Assembly (NCBI GenBank): GCA_002633005.1
Contig: NMRA01000514.1
Coordinates: 62,001-126,000, forward strand
Direction of reading: 5' to 3'
Length of the DNA stretch: 64,000 nt
Origin: Phoronis australis
Lineage: Eukaryota > Animalia > Phoronida
In this document: piece by piece, positions 1 through 13,800 of the stretch
How the letters are laid out: each line of letters begins with the position of its first letter
How positions within the stretch are numbered: the stretch's first letter is position 1
Notes under the pieces: generated by a model
The model's input: the letters and a program-made list of their open reading frames with translations, nothing else
Databases searched by the model: none
Told to the model about the DNA's origin: nothing
Made by a program: the position numbers and the translations under genes

Positions 1-77
1 CCATTGTTTGAACCTACCCCTCGAAAATCCACTTGCTCTCCGTAAAAACTGTAGGAACAAAGCACGGAAGGTTTGGA

Positions 78-204
78 TGACGTAAAACACACATTCCTGA
101 ATGCATACGTCATGAATTAAGTTGTTTTCACGTTTTCATTCCCATGCTGTTCGTGCAGGAAAGTTGTTGTTAATCTTCAAGTCGTCGCATTTCTTCAGGT
201 AAGT
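78..204 (+). promoter_or_regulatory. Candidate promoter and first non-coding exon of the SLCO gene (CRE-like motifs, 5' splice site at 199)
   Basis: CRE-like TGACGTAA (78-85) and TACGTCAT (106-113), followed by a consensus donor CAG|GTAAGT (GT at 199). Assignment to SLCO is inferred from orientation only. Confidence 0.4.
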
Positions 205-751
205 TACGTAATTGTATGAATATATGATATAACATAAATTTAACCCTATATGAATCTACATGCCGATTTTTGCGAAGATCTATTGATGCCCTCATAGTTT
301 TTTCAATCCGCAACTATGGTACTCGGATTTGTAGTGTTACTACTGTTACGGCCATGTTGGAATGGCCTAAGTCAACAATTGCGCAACCAATTCAAATAGC
401 TTGCTAGCTGGCTGTCTCTTCTCTAGCTGAGACCAATCTGGGTGTCTAGTGAGTACCCCTGTCCTGCTGAACACTCCTGATCGGCTGTGATTCAAACTTA
501 AGTTTTAGACTTTGAGTGTTGCCTTTGTCACACAGGTATGTATGAGGCATAACTTATAAAGCTCTGGGCAGTGAAGGAGATTCAGCCAGAACCACTGATT
601 AAGCAACAATGCCTGTTATCAGGTTATACTAGTCAGCGTTTCAGTGGAAGTAGGTTCTCAAATCACAGTCTGACTAATATATTTAAACCAACCACTTCCC
701 TTTCATCACAACTTGAGGAATTTCCTAAGCCGCAGTCTGGTCACATATATA

Positions 752-3162
752 CTCTCGAGTTCCGAATAGTCGTATCTATACGATTATTTTTTTCAGACTC
801 ATTTTCCAGTCTATACGGCGCTTATTCGGGTCTCTACGTTTATTAATTTTCTAACTTTTATCCACTCTCCACGATTATTTGTTTCAGCAAGTTCTCAATT
901 TTTGTTTTATTCATTACAAATTTGTTACTCCAAAACTTAGCTCGAGACACCGGGTATCGTACCTTGGCCGTAAAATGTGGTGTCTTCGCTATAAACCTCT
1001 AGACCACGAGACACTAGGTTCTGATTTCGTAATTTAGAAGAGCTATATACGACTGCGCGTTAAACACGGAAGTCACATATCATACACATTAAAAGATTTT
1101 ATTCGCCAAAATATACAACTATACGTTTCAAAGCGTAAAATAATCGGACTCCCAAGCAACGGTTTACGCAACGGCTTTCTGTTGGACGGCCAGAATGTTA
1201 TTTTGGACGGGTTCGGTCAGAATTAAGAAAGTGTTGGCAAAATTTAAAAAGCATGAAATGATTACCACTTCTCTTAATATTAACGTCTGACTGCTCAAAG
1301 AAATAGGCCATCAGTAATTTCAGAAATGATGAATTTAATGCACAAAAAATGCATTTTTCAATATTCCGCGCGCCCCGTGACACAGACCGGTGTTACCGGC
1401 AGCTCAACGTAAATATGAAAAAAAACGCTTTCGACGATTTTCTTTGGGTGATCCAATATTTATGATTGCACCCTGTGAAAAACTGGCAAGCCGTACCAAG
1501 TCTTCACTGTGTCTGTCCCCGAAGTTTGGGTTTCCGGGGGAGTAATTCCGGGATTTTGCACAGCCAGTGTCATCTGCGGTTTTCGTCATTATTGACATGC
1601 GCATTCTACATACTTAATCATGTCGTCTGCCGCGCAAAGACCTAAAGAATTCGAGGATTATTTTACAAACCGAGAGATGTTCCAGAGACAGACATTGATT
1701 CAGATGCTGGTACGACAAATAATCCGGCTATAGATACGGACTGTGGTGATAACGCGGCAAGTCGACGAAGCGCAAATACCCGTGCAGTTAATGAACAGTG
1801 CCGAACCTTTCAATCAATCTAGGAGCCAGGTTCCTAGAATCAACAAGTCAAAGACAAAGTACCAACAAGTTGCCGACAACATCGGACATCAGCATTTTTA
1901 CAATTCGCTCCAAACTTGAGAATAGATTGTTTTTATGAACAGGAAGAATGGACCTGTGACAATCTTGAAAATGACATAGTTGCTAACGTTCGACAATCCA
2001 GTCGATATCTATTGAAATTCATTTCTACTTTCCCGTCCAAATAAATGGAAAAGCGCACGTGAATCGGTTTGTTTATTATACCTAATTAGACATTCAAGAT
2101 GGTGGACGTAGTTGTGGTCGTGGACTCGAATGTTTTGCAATTCTGCAAGAAATCTCAATTTCTGGTCGTGTGAAATTTTGGATGTACCGACTTTTTGACG
2201 TCGAATTCTGACTAACATTCCGAGGGTATTGACTATGAACGTTGTGCAAGGAGATTGAGAGAAACAAAGGCTCGACTGTCAGGAATATGTATGATAAAAA
2301 TGCGAGTCGTTTTACCAACACACTTTATTGTCCTTATTCATACTGTCGGCTTCGTGGAAGACTAGACGTTGCTGCTGAAATCTTTACCTCCTTGTTATAA
2401 TTTTTGGACTTAGTCGACATTGGCATCCTAGTATGAATGTCACATTCTTTTTTGAGTAAAATGATAATGCATACTGTTTGAAACACATCTATATAGACTT
2501 CCATTTTAAGTTATTGAATAAACGAATGGTCTTTGTTTTAGCAATGACACTTTATTGCACTTCACTGTACTATGTTATGGCATGTGTGGATACACCACTG
2601 CAATAATTTAACTATGCTAGTTTTCAATTTAAAAGTTTTTCTTTGAAACAATTATAGCGGTGGTAAGTCAGACAGAATATGCTTCTTTGCATTATTATTC
2701 CAATCCCATCTACATCATTATTAGATTTTGCACTTCCTATTATTTCCATTTACCGTTACTACATTTTATGCAAATTTGTAATCAATGTTATTATTCCAGT
2801 CTATATTATTTTTAATTTTCCACAAATTTCCCGTCTATACCATTATTCCTAAGAATTTGCTGTTTTGCATTATTATTCTCTTCTATAATATTATTAGATT
2901 TTACCTAAATTTGTAACCAATATTATTATTCCAGTCTATACTATGTTTAAATTTCCACAAATTTGCCGTCTATACCATTATTCCATTCTATACTATTATT
3001 AATTATTTTCGACAATTTCCGGTCTATACTATTATTCTACTTTTCTAGTGGCAAAAATGTTGGGTCTATACTATTATTAGAGTCTCTACTATTATTAAAA
3101 ATCGTGAAATTTTCCAGTCTATACTATTATTGCTGTCTCTACTACTATTCGGAACTCCAGAG
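752..3162. mobile_element. Non-autonomous Tc1/mariner-pogo-like DNA transposon (about 2.4 kb)
   Basis: 19-bp TIRs, 18/19 match (CTCTCGAGTTCCGAATAGT at 752-770; ACTATTCGGAACTCCAGAG at 3144-3162). Flanked by TA on both sides, with arrays of subterminal GTCTATACTATTATT-like repeats. No transposase ORF. Confidence 0.75.
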
Positions 3163-4481
3163 TAGCAGTGGTTTTGACTTGGAGAACCATGCAGTTTCAT
3201 CCACTGAATAACAGACCCGGAGTTAATAGTCAATGATTGCCTCATTGCCTGACCATGCAGTTTCATCTTATAATTCATGTTACACCTTAATTGCTGATTG
3301 TAGCGCGTTGATCATAGTGATCCTAAAACACCCTATGTTGTAGCTATATTACTCTGCATGCCAGATATGGTTTCAGCAAATTATCACCTTAACCACACAC
3401 TATCACAGCATTTTGATTCCGCGCATGTATAAATCCTTCAGCACCCTGGTTCATATGAGTGTAAGTAGACTGTGCCATCGTCTCAACTCTAATTAAGGGA
3501 AAGGTGCCTGTGCAGTGCGTACTCTGAGAGAGGACTTTTTTGGTGTAGCGGGAAAATTCTTCCAATGCCCTTTTCCTGTAATGAAGCTCAAGTTGCTAGA
3601 GCAGCAGAGGTTTTACGGAATTAGTGATTCCAACCTTGGAGGGGGGGGAGGGGGTAATTTTGAATGTATTGGAATTTGTTGGGACTGATGAGGGTAATTT
3701 CTGTGTGTTTTGGAAATATTTTTATAGGGGAATGGATCCATTGTTTGACGTAAAATCAAAAAAGTATCAGGGATCCTAATAACTCTTACCACTACTTGCA
3801 AGAATTCACCATTATACTTGAAAACGAGGCATCATGTCCAACTACAATGCTTCTGCTAGCTTGGAACCCACATGCTTTCATGTTTCCATTGATTCTAAAA
3901 TGAGGCGTTATGTCCTAAACAACAATGGACCACATTAATTTTTGCAATGCCACCAAAGTGTGTGACTTCTTTTTAATGGGCTTCGGTTTTCAATGTCAAA
4001 ACTGCTTTGTTGATTCCAGGTGGTCATATAGTCAAGTGTAAGTGTTCTGGCAGCTATGGCGAAAGACGGGCAGCCATGGCTACAGGCAGGGGCAGCTATG
4101 GCTAAATTTAAGACAGGGGCAGCTAGCTCAAACATATATGGAGAACATGTTTTTATACCCCTCCCAATTTCAAAATCCACCAGTGTATTCTCTGGAGGTT
4201 TTTGAATTCTGTATGTATATAAGTGGCCCATTTGGGGGGTTATACACACAAGTCAGCCTATCCATTATGTGTTGCTCTAATCACTGATATTCATCTCTTG
4301 CCTATAATCCTTGAAAGAAGCCAGTCATAAATTCCAGCTGTTGATGCAGCTATTGAAATGCCAACTGGGCATTCAACTTGGCCATTGGGAAATGACAATA
4401 CACATATTTGACCATGCTAGGAATAAAATGGACTAACATAGATCTACACAACTATAGAGTTTAGTGTTTTTCCATTATGAA

Positions 4482-4997
4482 GGACCATATTCACATGTCT
4501 TAGAATTTACCAAAATATCTAGAAAACTTTATATTTTAAATTGGTAAAAGTATATATTTTCTGAAAGTACAAAGCCTGCGCCCTGTAGAATATGATTTTT
4601 TGACTTTTTACCTACTCGACTAGATATTTACAAATTAGATTACATGATCGTTTCTTTTTAGTATCATTTAGAAAAAAAACTCATGGATAACAAAATAACA
4701 TTAATCAATGACTTGATGGAATTTTATTTGAAATGTTCAAGGTGAGATATCAAACATGCTTTTAAAGTTATCTTAATTATCATTCTGATTTTTTGCAAAT
4801 ATAAACATTTTTCGTGAAAGTCCTGTTTTCGAAAATCCCTCATGGAAAAGTAAAATGTTTTAAAAACAAATCCTATCTGCAATTTTGAGTGCATATTAAG
4901 CTAGTATCTGTCAGTTTCACAATGAATCCAAACAGCCATATTGGATTGAGATATGATATTTTGAAGTCAGCCAGATGTGGCCATTTGTATAGGGTCC
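4482..4997. mobile_element. Kolobok-like non-autonomous DNA transposon
   Basis: Imperfect TIRs GGACCATATTCACATG / CATTTGTATAGGGTCC, flanked by TGAA and TTAA. Related end fragments occur near 5340-5450, 7950-8050 (reverse), 13500-13610 and 61280-61370. Confidence 0.5.
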
Positions 4998-5465
4998 TTA
5001 ACCTTAACTCAGTAAAAATGTAAATTTTCTAAAAGTAGATACCCATAGAATTTGATGTTTTACTTCATGCCAGTCTGCTATTAATTGGATCATGTGACCA
5101 TGTTTTGTAAAGTAAAGCCAACAAGAAAAGTACGTGCACACTAAAGCAACAGTATCAATCATCAAATTTCTTACCATATAGATGTTCAAGGTAAGACCTC
5201 ATCAAGTATCATTCCGTTTTTGTTATGAACCTACTATGCTTTTGCGTAAAAATCATAAAAGTCCTAATTTTGACGATCCCTCTGCCTCACATGTAAATAG
5301 TGAAAGCTTTTAACAACAATTCCCAACAACGTTTTGGAGATCAGTGCAGTATGGTGCCTCTAAGTTTCACATGAATCCGACCAGCCATTTGTGAGATACA
5401 TGTGTGTTGTTCCAACCTGTGCGTATTTTGGCCACTTTTCGAGTGTATAACTTATCAGCTCTGGC

Positions 5466-5556
5466 TATTATTGTTATTATTATTATGATTTATTATTATT
5501 AATCTTATTATCATTATTATTTTTATCATCATCATGATAATCATTATTATTATTGT
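5466..5556. repeat. Degenerate (ATT/ATC)n microsatellite
   Basis: Runs of tattattattat and atcatcat visible directly. Confidence 0.8.
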
Positions 5557-7172
5557 TAAAATCGTTATCTTATAATGCTTTTACGTTATCATGATGCTTT
5601 TTGTTTGACCCCAGTCCCATTTGATGGCCCTTATTGATTTTGAGAATCTGGTTATAAGTCACTGAATAAAGCTCGCTGTAATGTCTGTTCCCAATTTCTG
5701 GGTCCACCAAAAGGTACTATAAGTGCATGCTCGGTCTAGCATGCACATCACTCACAAGAGAGAATCTTCAAGTTATTGAAATCTCTAGTTTGAAAATTGG
5801 TGATGTTGACAATTTGATGATGTTACTGTACTTTGTTTCTTTTTCAGGTTGCTGGGTTTGGAAAATTTTCTTTCACCGTGCAGGACTTCTAGTTTACGGA
5901 ACTGACATTCAGAGGACTTTATGCTGGATTTCAGCATGAATTAGTCTTCTGAAAATTAAAGACAATAGATGATGAGACAGACGAGTCTTGTTGATCATGA
6001 CTTCTCTATGAGACTATAGTTAACTGCCTCGTGCGCCTCCTGTTGAACAAAAGAGAAAATAAACCACAGTTGCTGATCTGTGACTCAGAATGTTTAATTA
6101 TCAACTGATCTTTGTGGTATGACAATCAAAAGCTGTCCTTCCTCAACAGAAAGATAAATGCCAAAGATTTGGAAATTTTCTTTATTGTCAAACTTAATGT
6201 GATCTCATGAATTTCTCTAAGAAATGTAATTTTTTTAAGTACTTTTCTTATTTTAAGATGTTGCATTTATTTGTGTGTTCAAATCAGTTTTTAAGTAAAA
6301 CAGTCAGTCGTAGAATTAATCAATAATTAGTGTTAAAACACGTTTATTTCTTTACATTCCAGAACTGTATCAATCAGCACATTCCTAGCGCTCTCTTGTA
6401 CAGTTGTGAACATTCCCTTAGAATTGTATTTTGTCTCTGTATATTATACCTTCTACCTTTCTGTCATCATTCTAAGATGTATGTATTTATTAGGTGACTT
6501 ATTTCATGCCATGTGTATTCTTTTTTATTGATGTGAGATCTCTGTCGTTGGCCAGTGTTTTTAAGCAAGTTAATTACCCTTACATGAGCAGTTTAAACCA
6601 AATCATGACATTCCAGTATGAAGTGTCATTTTTATACCCATCGTCTCAGGTTGCTGTGCACTGGATGAAGCACGTTAATTTTTGTTTAAATCAGGCAACT
6701 TTTTAAAGTTATAAGTCTCAGGTTTTGACTAATTTATTTTGCTGTCTCTGTCTTGAAACGATCATTTAATGATTGTCTGAATACCCTGTGAAAGGAAGTT
6801 TTGTTTTTGAATGTTTATATCAAAGTTGTTGCACTTAGTGTTTTTTAATTGTTTCATTATCTGGAAATTTTTGACACAGTTGTTTTATGTTATGTTGTGT
6901 GCTCAATGTTGAGGTTTCCAGTGTAATCATTACTCGTATTCATTGTGTTGTGATGAGTAAGCATTTTTTGATAATCAAATTTTTCATGTGATACGAACAT
7001 CGAATTTCACTAGTGTCTGTTGAGCTTTAATGACAATTCATAACAGTATTACGCATTGAGTATAAAGCAAATCTGCTGTTTTCTTGTATGCTCTTGGCGA
7101 TAATCTACAGGTGTAGGAATATTTTATCTGTTGTACACATATAAATTTGTGCCAATTTATAAGAAAGTGATA

Positions 7173-7893
7173 ATGGAAGACTGTTGCCATAGTAAAAATA
7201 ACTGTGTTAGTTCTGTAACTAACGGTACTAGTAACGACCAAGAACAACTGAGCAGTGTTGATGAGCCAGGCAAGAGAGAGCCTGAAGCATGTCCTCAAAT
7301 GAAAGCCTCAGACTCTGGTGCTGATGGCTCATGTGGTGTATGCTGCTTCCAACCCCCCTTTCTTCAAAAGTTGGCACGACCTGCGACTGTCCTTGCCTGT
7401 CTGTGTTTGTTGGTCCTGGCACAGTCCATTTTAGCGTCAGGTTACATCAGTGGTATCCTAACTACTATTGAACGACGGTTTAACTTACGTAGCAGTCAAG
7501 CTGGCATTGTGTTAAGTAGCTATGAATTTACCTGTTTGCTTGGCGTGGTCCTTGTCAGTTTCTATGGTGACCGTTTCAACCGCGCCCACATATTGGCTGC
7601 GGGAGCACTGATAATGGCTCTTGGATCTTTGATTTTCACCTTTCCTCATTTTCTGGGAGACAATTACACAGTCAAGAATTTGGATAATCAAACCAGTGGA
7701 TTACTGTTGTGTGTAAACAAAACTCACTCTGAGAGTGATTTGGGCTGTCAGGTTGGACAGGAAGTCACGTTTGCGTTTGTGGTGTTCCTGATTGCTCAGC
7801 TTGTGATTGGCTTTGGAGCGTCACCTGTCTACATACTTGGGCCCACATACCTCCACGACAATGTCTGGCACAACTGGTTTCCTGTCTTTGCAG
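7173..7893 (+). CDS. SLCO coding exon 1 (N-terminus and first transmembrane helices)
   Basis: ATG at 7173 (MEDCC...). Likely acceptor ctacag at 7110; donor CAG|GTAATG; phase 1. Confidence 0.9.
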
Positions 7894-10800
7894 GTAATGG
7901 AAAGTTCCTGGTTGAACCAATTGTAGCATGCTCACGAGAATGACAAAATATTAAGGCTATATGTAGGACCCTAGAAAAATTCCAGTTTTGGCTAACTTTG
8001 AATCGCATATCTCAGAAATGGTGATGGGATTTCTATGAAACTTTAAAATACTGTGCAACATTATTCTCCAAAAACGCTGTTAGGTTATTTGTTTTTAAAA
8101 TCTTCCACTTTTACAGGATGAGCTATCAAAGCTGAGACTTAGAGAAAAAATCAAAGTTTGCATAATACGAAAACAAAAAATCAGAAAACTGTGCAGCATA
8201 TTTGAGATATCATCTTGAACATTGAACTTTGGATCATGTTATTGATAACCATTTTCTTGTAGCAATGTACTCGTCCTTTCTTTTTTGCGAATTTTGACAA
8301 AAAGTTACTGTCACTAGACCCAATTCAGTCAAAAAACGAAATCTACAGGGTCGACAAGTCTTAGTGATTTTAAGCTGCCAAGATGTTATCTTCGATGACA
8401 TGTCATATTCTGTTTTTGTAGCTATTAAAAACACCCCTATCCAACTCTGACCTTTCTCATTGAATGTTTGTCAACAGAATTTTATTTTAAAATTGATTTT
8501 GATCAGTTTTCAGCAAATGTTGAACTCGCGTATTTTGCAGGTGTATTTTTTGCGTGCGCTGCTCTCGGCCCTGCAGGTGGTTTTCTATTGGGTGCCACCT
8601 TTGTATCGATCTTCGTGGACACACCAATAGCGCCCCCTGTTGGACTGACGGAAGACGATCACTTGTGGGTGGGAGCATGGTGGATTGGATTCCTGGTTAC
8701 CATGGCAATGCTGTTAGTGGTGGGTTTCATGCTAATGTTGCTACCTCGACAACTGGCCTCAGTACAATGTGACAAAGATGCTGCACCAGACAAGATGGGC
8801 TTTGGAAATAGCTGTGCTGGTATGTTTTGATGAGAAATATGAGTCTGGGACTGGTATATTATACAACGCCAGAAATTTGTAACATTCTTGATCCCCTAGG
8901 TGACGCTTTGCGCCATGTCCCTAACCAATCGTAACAACGCATAGTAAGGTTAAAGGTCAGGAAGCTTGGGCGCTAGTACCGTGAGCCCGGCCACTGAAGT
9001 CAATATAGTCTGCAGAGCAATACTTGTCAAGTTTACAATAACAGTCTTTGGAATTTCTGGAACGCCACAGTCTACAGTACGACAGTGCTAGCTGGGTCAT
9101 TGGGGTCACAGCTCTAGGNCCAGTTTTGGCTAACTTTGAATCGCATATCTCAGAAATGGTGATGGGATTTCTATGAAACTTTAAAATACTATGCAACATT
9201 ATTCTCCAAAACGCTGTTATGTTATTTGTTTTTAAAATCTTCCACTTTTACAGGATGGGCTATCAAAGCTGAGACTTCGAGAAAAAATCAAAGTTTGCAT
9301 AATACAAAAACAAAAAATCAGAAAACTGTGCAGCATATTTGAGATATCATCTTGAACATCGAACTTTGGATCATGTTATTGATGACCATTTTCTTGTACC
9401 AATGTACCCGTCCTTGCTTTTTTGCGAATTTTGACAAAAAGTTACTGTCACTAGACCCAATTCAGTCACAAAACGAAATGTACAGGGTCGACAAGTCTTA
9501 GTGATCTTAAGCTGCCAAGATGTTATCTTCGACGACATGTCATATTCTGTTTGTAGCTACTAAAAACATCCCTATCCAATTCTGACCTTTCTCATTGAAT
9601 GTTTGTCAACAGAATTTTATTTTAAAATAATTTTGATTTTGATCAGTTTTCAGCAAATGTTGAACTCACTTATTTTGCAGGTGTATTTTTTGCGTGCGCT
9701 GCTCTTGGCCCTGCAGGTGGTTTCTTATTGGGTGCAACCTTTGTATCGATCTTCGTGGACACACCAATAGAGCCCCCTGTTGGACTGACGGAAGACGATC
9801 ACTTATGGGTGGGAGCATGGTGGATTGGATTCCTGGTTACCATGGCAATGCTGTTAGTGGTGGGTTTCATGCTAATGTTGCTACCCCGACAACTGGCCTC
9901 AGTACAATGTGACAAGGATGCTGCACCAGACAAGATGGGCTTTGGAAATAGCTGTGCTGGTATGTTTTGATGAGAAATGTGAGTCTGGGACTGGTATATT
10001 ATACATGTCATTGGGCTCCTGGAACCATCAAGGCCATACATATCTGGTCGGCATTAAAAGGGTTGTAGGCACAATACAGTGCAAATTTCGCAATACTGTG
10101 ATCTTTAAAAGAGCAAAAACTTCACAACTGATGTAAAATTTTTGTCATATCCAAACCACACTACCACAGTCACAAGCCATGTTAATAAGCTATGACTGTA
10201 TTGAATTATCAAAGTTATGACTTTCCTAACTAAGATTATAGTACTTACAAGTGTTGGTAAAACATCCCCACGGTCTTTTGGTTAACTTTTTAAGTTTGCT
10301 TAAGAATTCATAAATTTAGACAGATCATGGTACTATCCTTACTCGGGGATAGGTAGTTTTTGTTTTCAGAGACCAGGGTACTATCTACCATCCAATAATC
10401 AGACATCACCAATAGTAGTTTTTAAAATCATGAGCAGATCCCATCCCTTCCCTCTAGGGGCATTGATGTTAAGTAAAAAAATTATGACAGAAATCAGGAG
10501 AACGATCAGTGCTTGTAAACTATGACATATTGATTGACGTTTTGATTTATTGTCTGTAAATCATTCTCAAGATAGAAGACAAAAGTTCACAATAGTCCAA
10601 TCAAGACTGTACAGTCTGTTTCTCCCCTGTGTCACCTGGTTGGATTATTGTGAACTTTTGTGTTTTGGCTTTTGTCTTGAGAATTGTTTATAGACACAAA
10701 ACGGAAACGTCAATCAATATGTAATTGTTTACATATGCGCTGCTTTTAAAGTTCTTGCTCATATTTTGGCCAAAAACAAATGTGATAAATCAGGAGAGCA

Positions 10801-13800
10801 TTGATTTTATATTTCTATCAGAATGTAGTAAGTGTTTTTGCTCTGAAACTTCTCATTCACTTACTCAGGATTTAGGAGGACATATGAGCACATATTGAAG
10901 TGTGTTGCTATAGGAACTGAACGTCTGCTTTTCTCTGTATTGGCTGCAGGTATACCTCGACTCGTTCATGATGTCTTCATGCGTCCCACATGGCTACTTG
11001 TCTCGTTGGCCGTGGTAGCTGAACAGTCTGTTATTACTGGTTTCATCAATTTCATTGCAAAGTTCACACAAACTGCATTCAGTCTGCCAGCATCGCAGGC
11101 TAATATCATCGCTGGTAAGTGAGTGTACTATCACCTGTTGCAGGTTTTAAGCCGGTACTAAATGGCTAGAATACATAGAACTGTTACATAATACTGTTAC
11201 ATAAAATAGTTATTTTTTTGTATTTTTAGTAATTATGAATGTATTGTAGTAAACATGTTGAAACCACTCAGTCGTACGCACATTCAGAGACATGCTCGCC
11301 TGTAACGGAGTCAGTTGCAACTCAAAATATGTTTTTTTATAGTAGTTGCACATACTTCTTGCATTTCTTATGTTAATTTTCTGTTGCTGGAGTGGTCGCT
11401 ATCTTTGTGTCACATTTTCCCCATGGATGGGTGGGTGCAGGCTGTTAGCAACTGGTGCTGTTAGCTTTCAGTGCGGCAATACTGATGACAGGTTCGAGTT
11501 AATCACTTTCTTAATCCGATCGTATTCACAAGTCTACTCAAAAAGTGTCCAATGTACAATCTGTTCTATGCTCCAGCCAGTGTTGCGAAACCTTATTTTG
11601 TAATGAACTTCTGAGACACTCCCAGCAACTGTTACCCTCATTGATTTAATTAGGTGCTGTATCTGGAGCTGGCTCTCTATTGACTTACCCTTAATGACTG
11701 CTAATCAGCTGCAATTTTAACTCAACTCAGCTGACTTTAAACTTGATTTCAACTGCATCTATATCCCACTAACCCGTGTCTGGGTATATACAGTATTGTA
11801 CAATGTTCTGGAACTTTTCACCATCTCAAGCACATTTTAAAACTTTCCTTAATCTACCCAATCACTCTACAAATATATGCTAGGTTCTAGAATGTTCCAG
11901 ACTACATTAATGACTAACATACATACTAGAATCTGCTAGAATGTTCCCTACTGTTCTGTTGTAAACAAACTACATCATCACTGTCCTGATCTCAAGGGTC
12001 ATGTCAATCAAGTAGCGTATGCTAGTATACAAACAAAACAATAAAATAAAACTCGTTATACTAAGAACTGTGTCAGTCTACTCTTGGCAGCTACTTTTCT
12101 GGAGTGTGTCTGCCACACAATTAAAAACAATTCTGCTGGTGTGTGTTTTCTAACAGGACATTCACAAATAAGATTACACTAAATCTTCCACAAAATCCAA
12201 AGTATGAATCCTCCATTTTCAGTTCAAAGATGCAATTTGTGATTGTCTGAATCTTGAAACTTTGTGCAGAATTTATGAAAACCTTCGGCATACAATTCAA
12301 TTTCTTGCTCGCAGATCGACCACGCATTAATTTTAGTCATGTTAAGAAATTGTCATAATTCATGATGCTAATTTTTGTTTTACCCAACAGGTGGTGTCCT
12401 TATCCCTGCTGCAGCGTTAGGCATCCTTACAGGGGGCGTTGTCATGAAACGGTTACAACCCCCTTTGGTGTTTGCCATCAAATTGATGGTCATCATAGCA
12501 GCAGTGTCCCTGGTGTGTGCTGGCTTGCTTATGTTGTTTACCTGTGACACAATACACCTGGCAGGTGTGACGCAGTCATACAGGTGAGCAATGAAATTTT
12601 CTGTGTCTTGTATAATCATTCTAATCCATATCAATGACTTGAAGTTGTATTTTGCCTCGTCTTTCTCTAGCGGGCCAGAAAACGAAAACCAAAATGGGCC
12701 TTTACTCATCAAGTCGCTCCCCTGACCAAGAAGTGTTCTATTTCTGTTTCCAATAAGAACATGGACAGCAACTCACTTTAGAGTTCACTGGTTAGCCAAC
12801 CCTAAAATTGTGACTTTGAAAATGACAAATATAGTATGCAGTCCCTGATATTTTAGTTGCTGGCTCATTTGGGATTAATTCAAGATCGGATGTCGAAGTA
12901 TTGTTTTTGCACCCCAAAGAGTTTCAGTTAACAATTCAACATTGACAGCATACAACAACAAAATGCTTGTGTAAGATCATAAGTGGGTGGTGATGTTCTA
13001 TTGACAACAATGTCTTTGTTCCAATGTTCAATCTTCAAAGACCAATTCTGGCTTAGATTTGATATAATTTAATGGACTTTCATGTGAACTTGGGATAAGT
13101 TTCTTTAATTTTCTGGTTGGGTGTATTTGTAGATTCTAATATGATGACACCAAATTACTAACAGTGATGTGGAACCTAATCGACAAGTCTGTGTGTAAAG
13201 TTTAGTATCAGCAAAACTATAATCGAAGTAACTATATAATATATTTTCTGAAAGTTGCCTTTAGGTTTTGATTTTTGGCTTTTTACCAATCTGCTGCTAA
13301 TTGGGTCATGCAGCCATTTCTTTTTAGTGATAAAATTGGAAGAAAGCATGGTACTAATGTGCTAGCAAAACAATCATGATATCATTAACGTGACAAAATT
13401 TTTGTTCAGTATGAAATTTCAAATTCTCTGTTGTTACAGTTTTCTTATTTTTCCGTTTCACGCAACTTTTGTGTTTTCATGAATTCGTAAGTCAGAACAG
13501 TGCATAACGAATGATATCAGAAACTTATGTTTCATCGTAATCCAATCAGCCGATTCTGAGTTATCATGTTCCAAAGGTAGCCAAAAAGTTTCTAGGGTCC
13601 AATATAACCTAGCAATCCTGACTAACTCAATCTACTGTATGCAGCTATTACAGTGAAAACATGCCTTACTCACCTCCATAGATTTATCATAGTGTGCATG
13701 ATCACAGAATGAGAGAATCTTCATTTCATGTATGTTAGCAAATATTGTTAAGCTGCAGTTCAAAGTTCAAAGTTCAAGATTACATGTATATGTCAAGAAG

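Larger units (their letters stand above)
7982..10004. repeat. About 0.9 kb direct duplication (7982-8865 vs 9120-10004) separated by an N; probable allelic or assembly duplication
   Basis: The copies differ by scattered SNPs and small indels, and the second begins immediately after the ambiguous base. Confidence 0.8.

Noticed and set aside
11407-12119. Solo LTR in an SLCO intron
   Set aside because: TG...CA ends and an AATAAA are suggestive, but no target-site duplication or second copy is visible.
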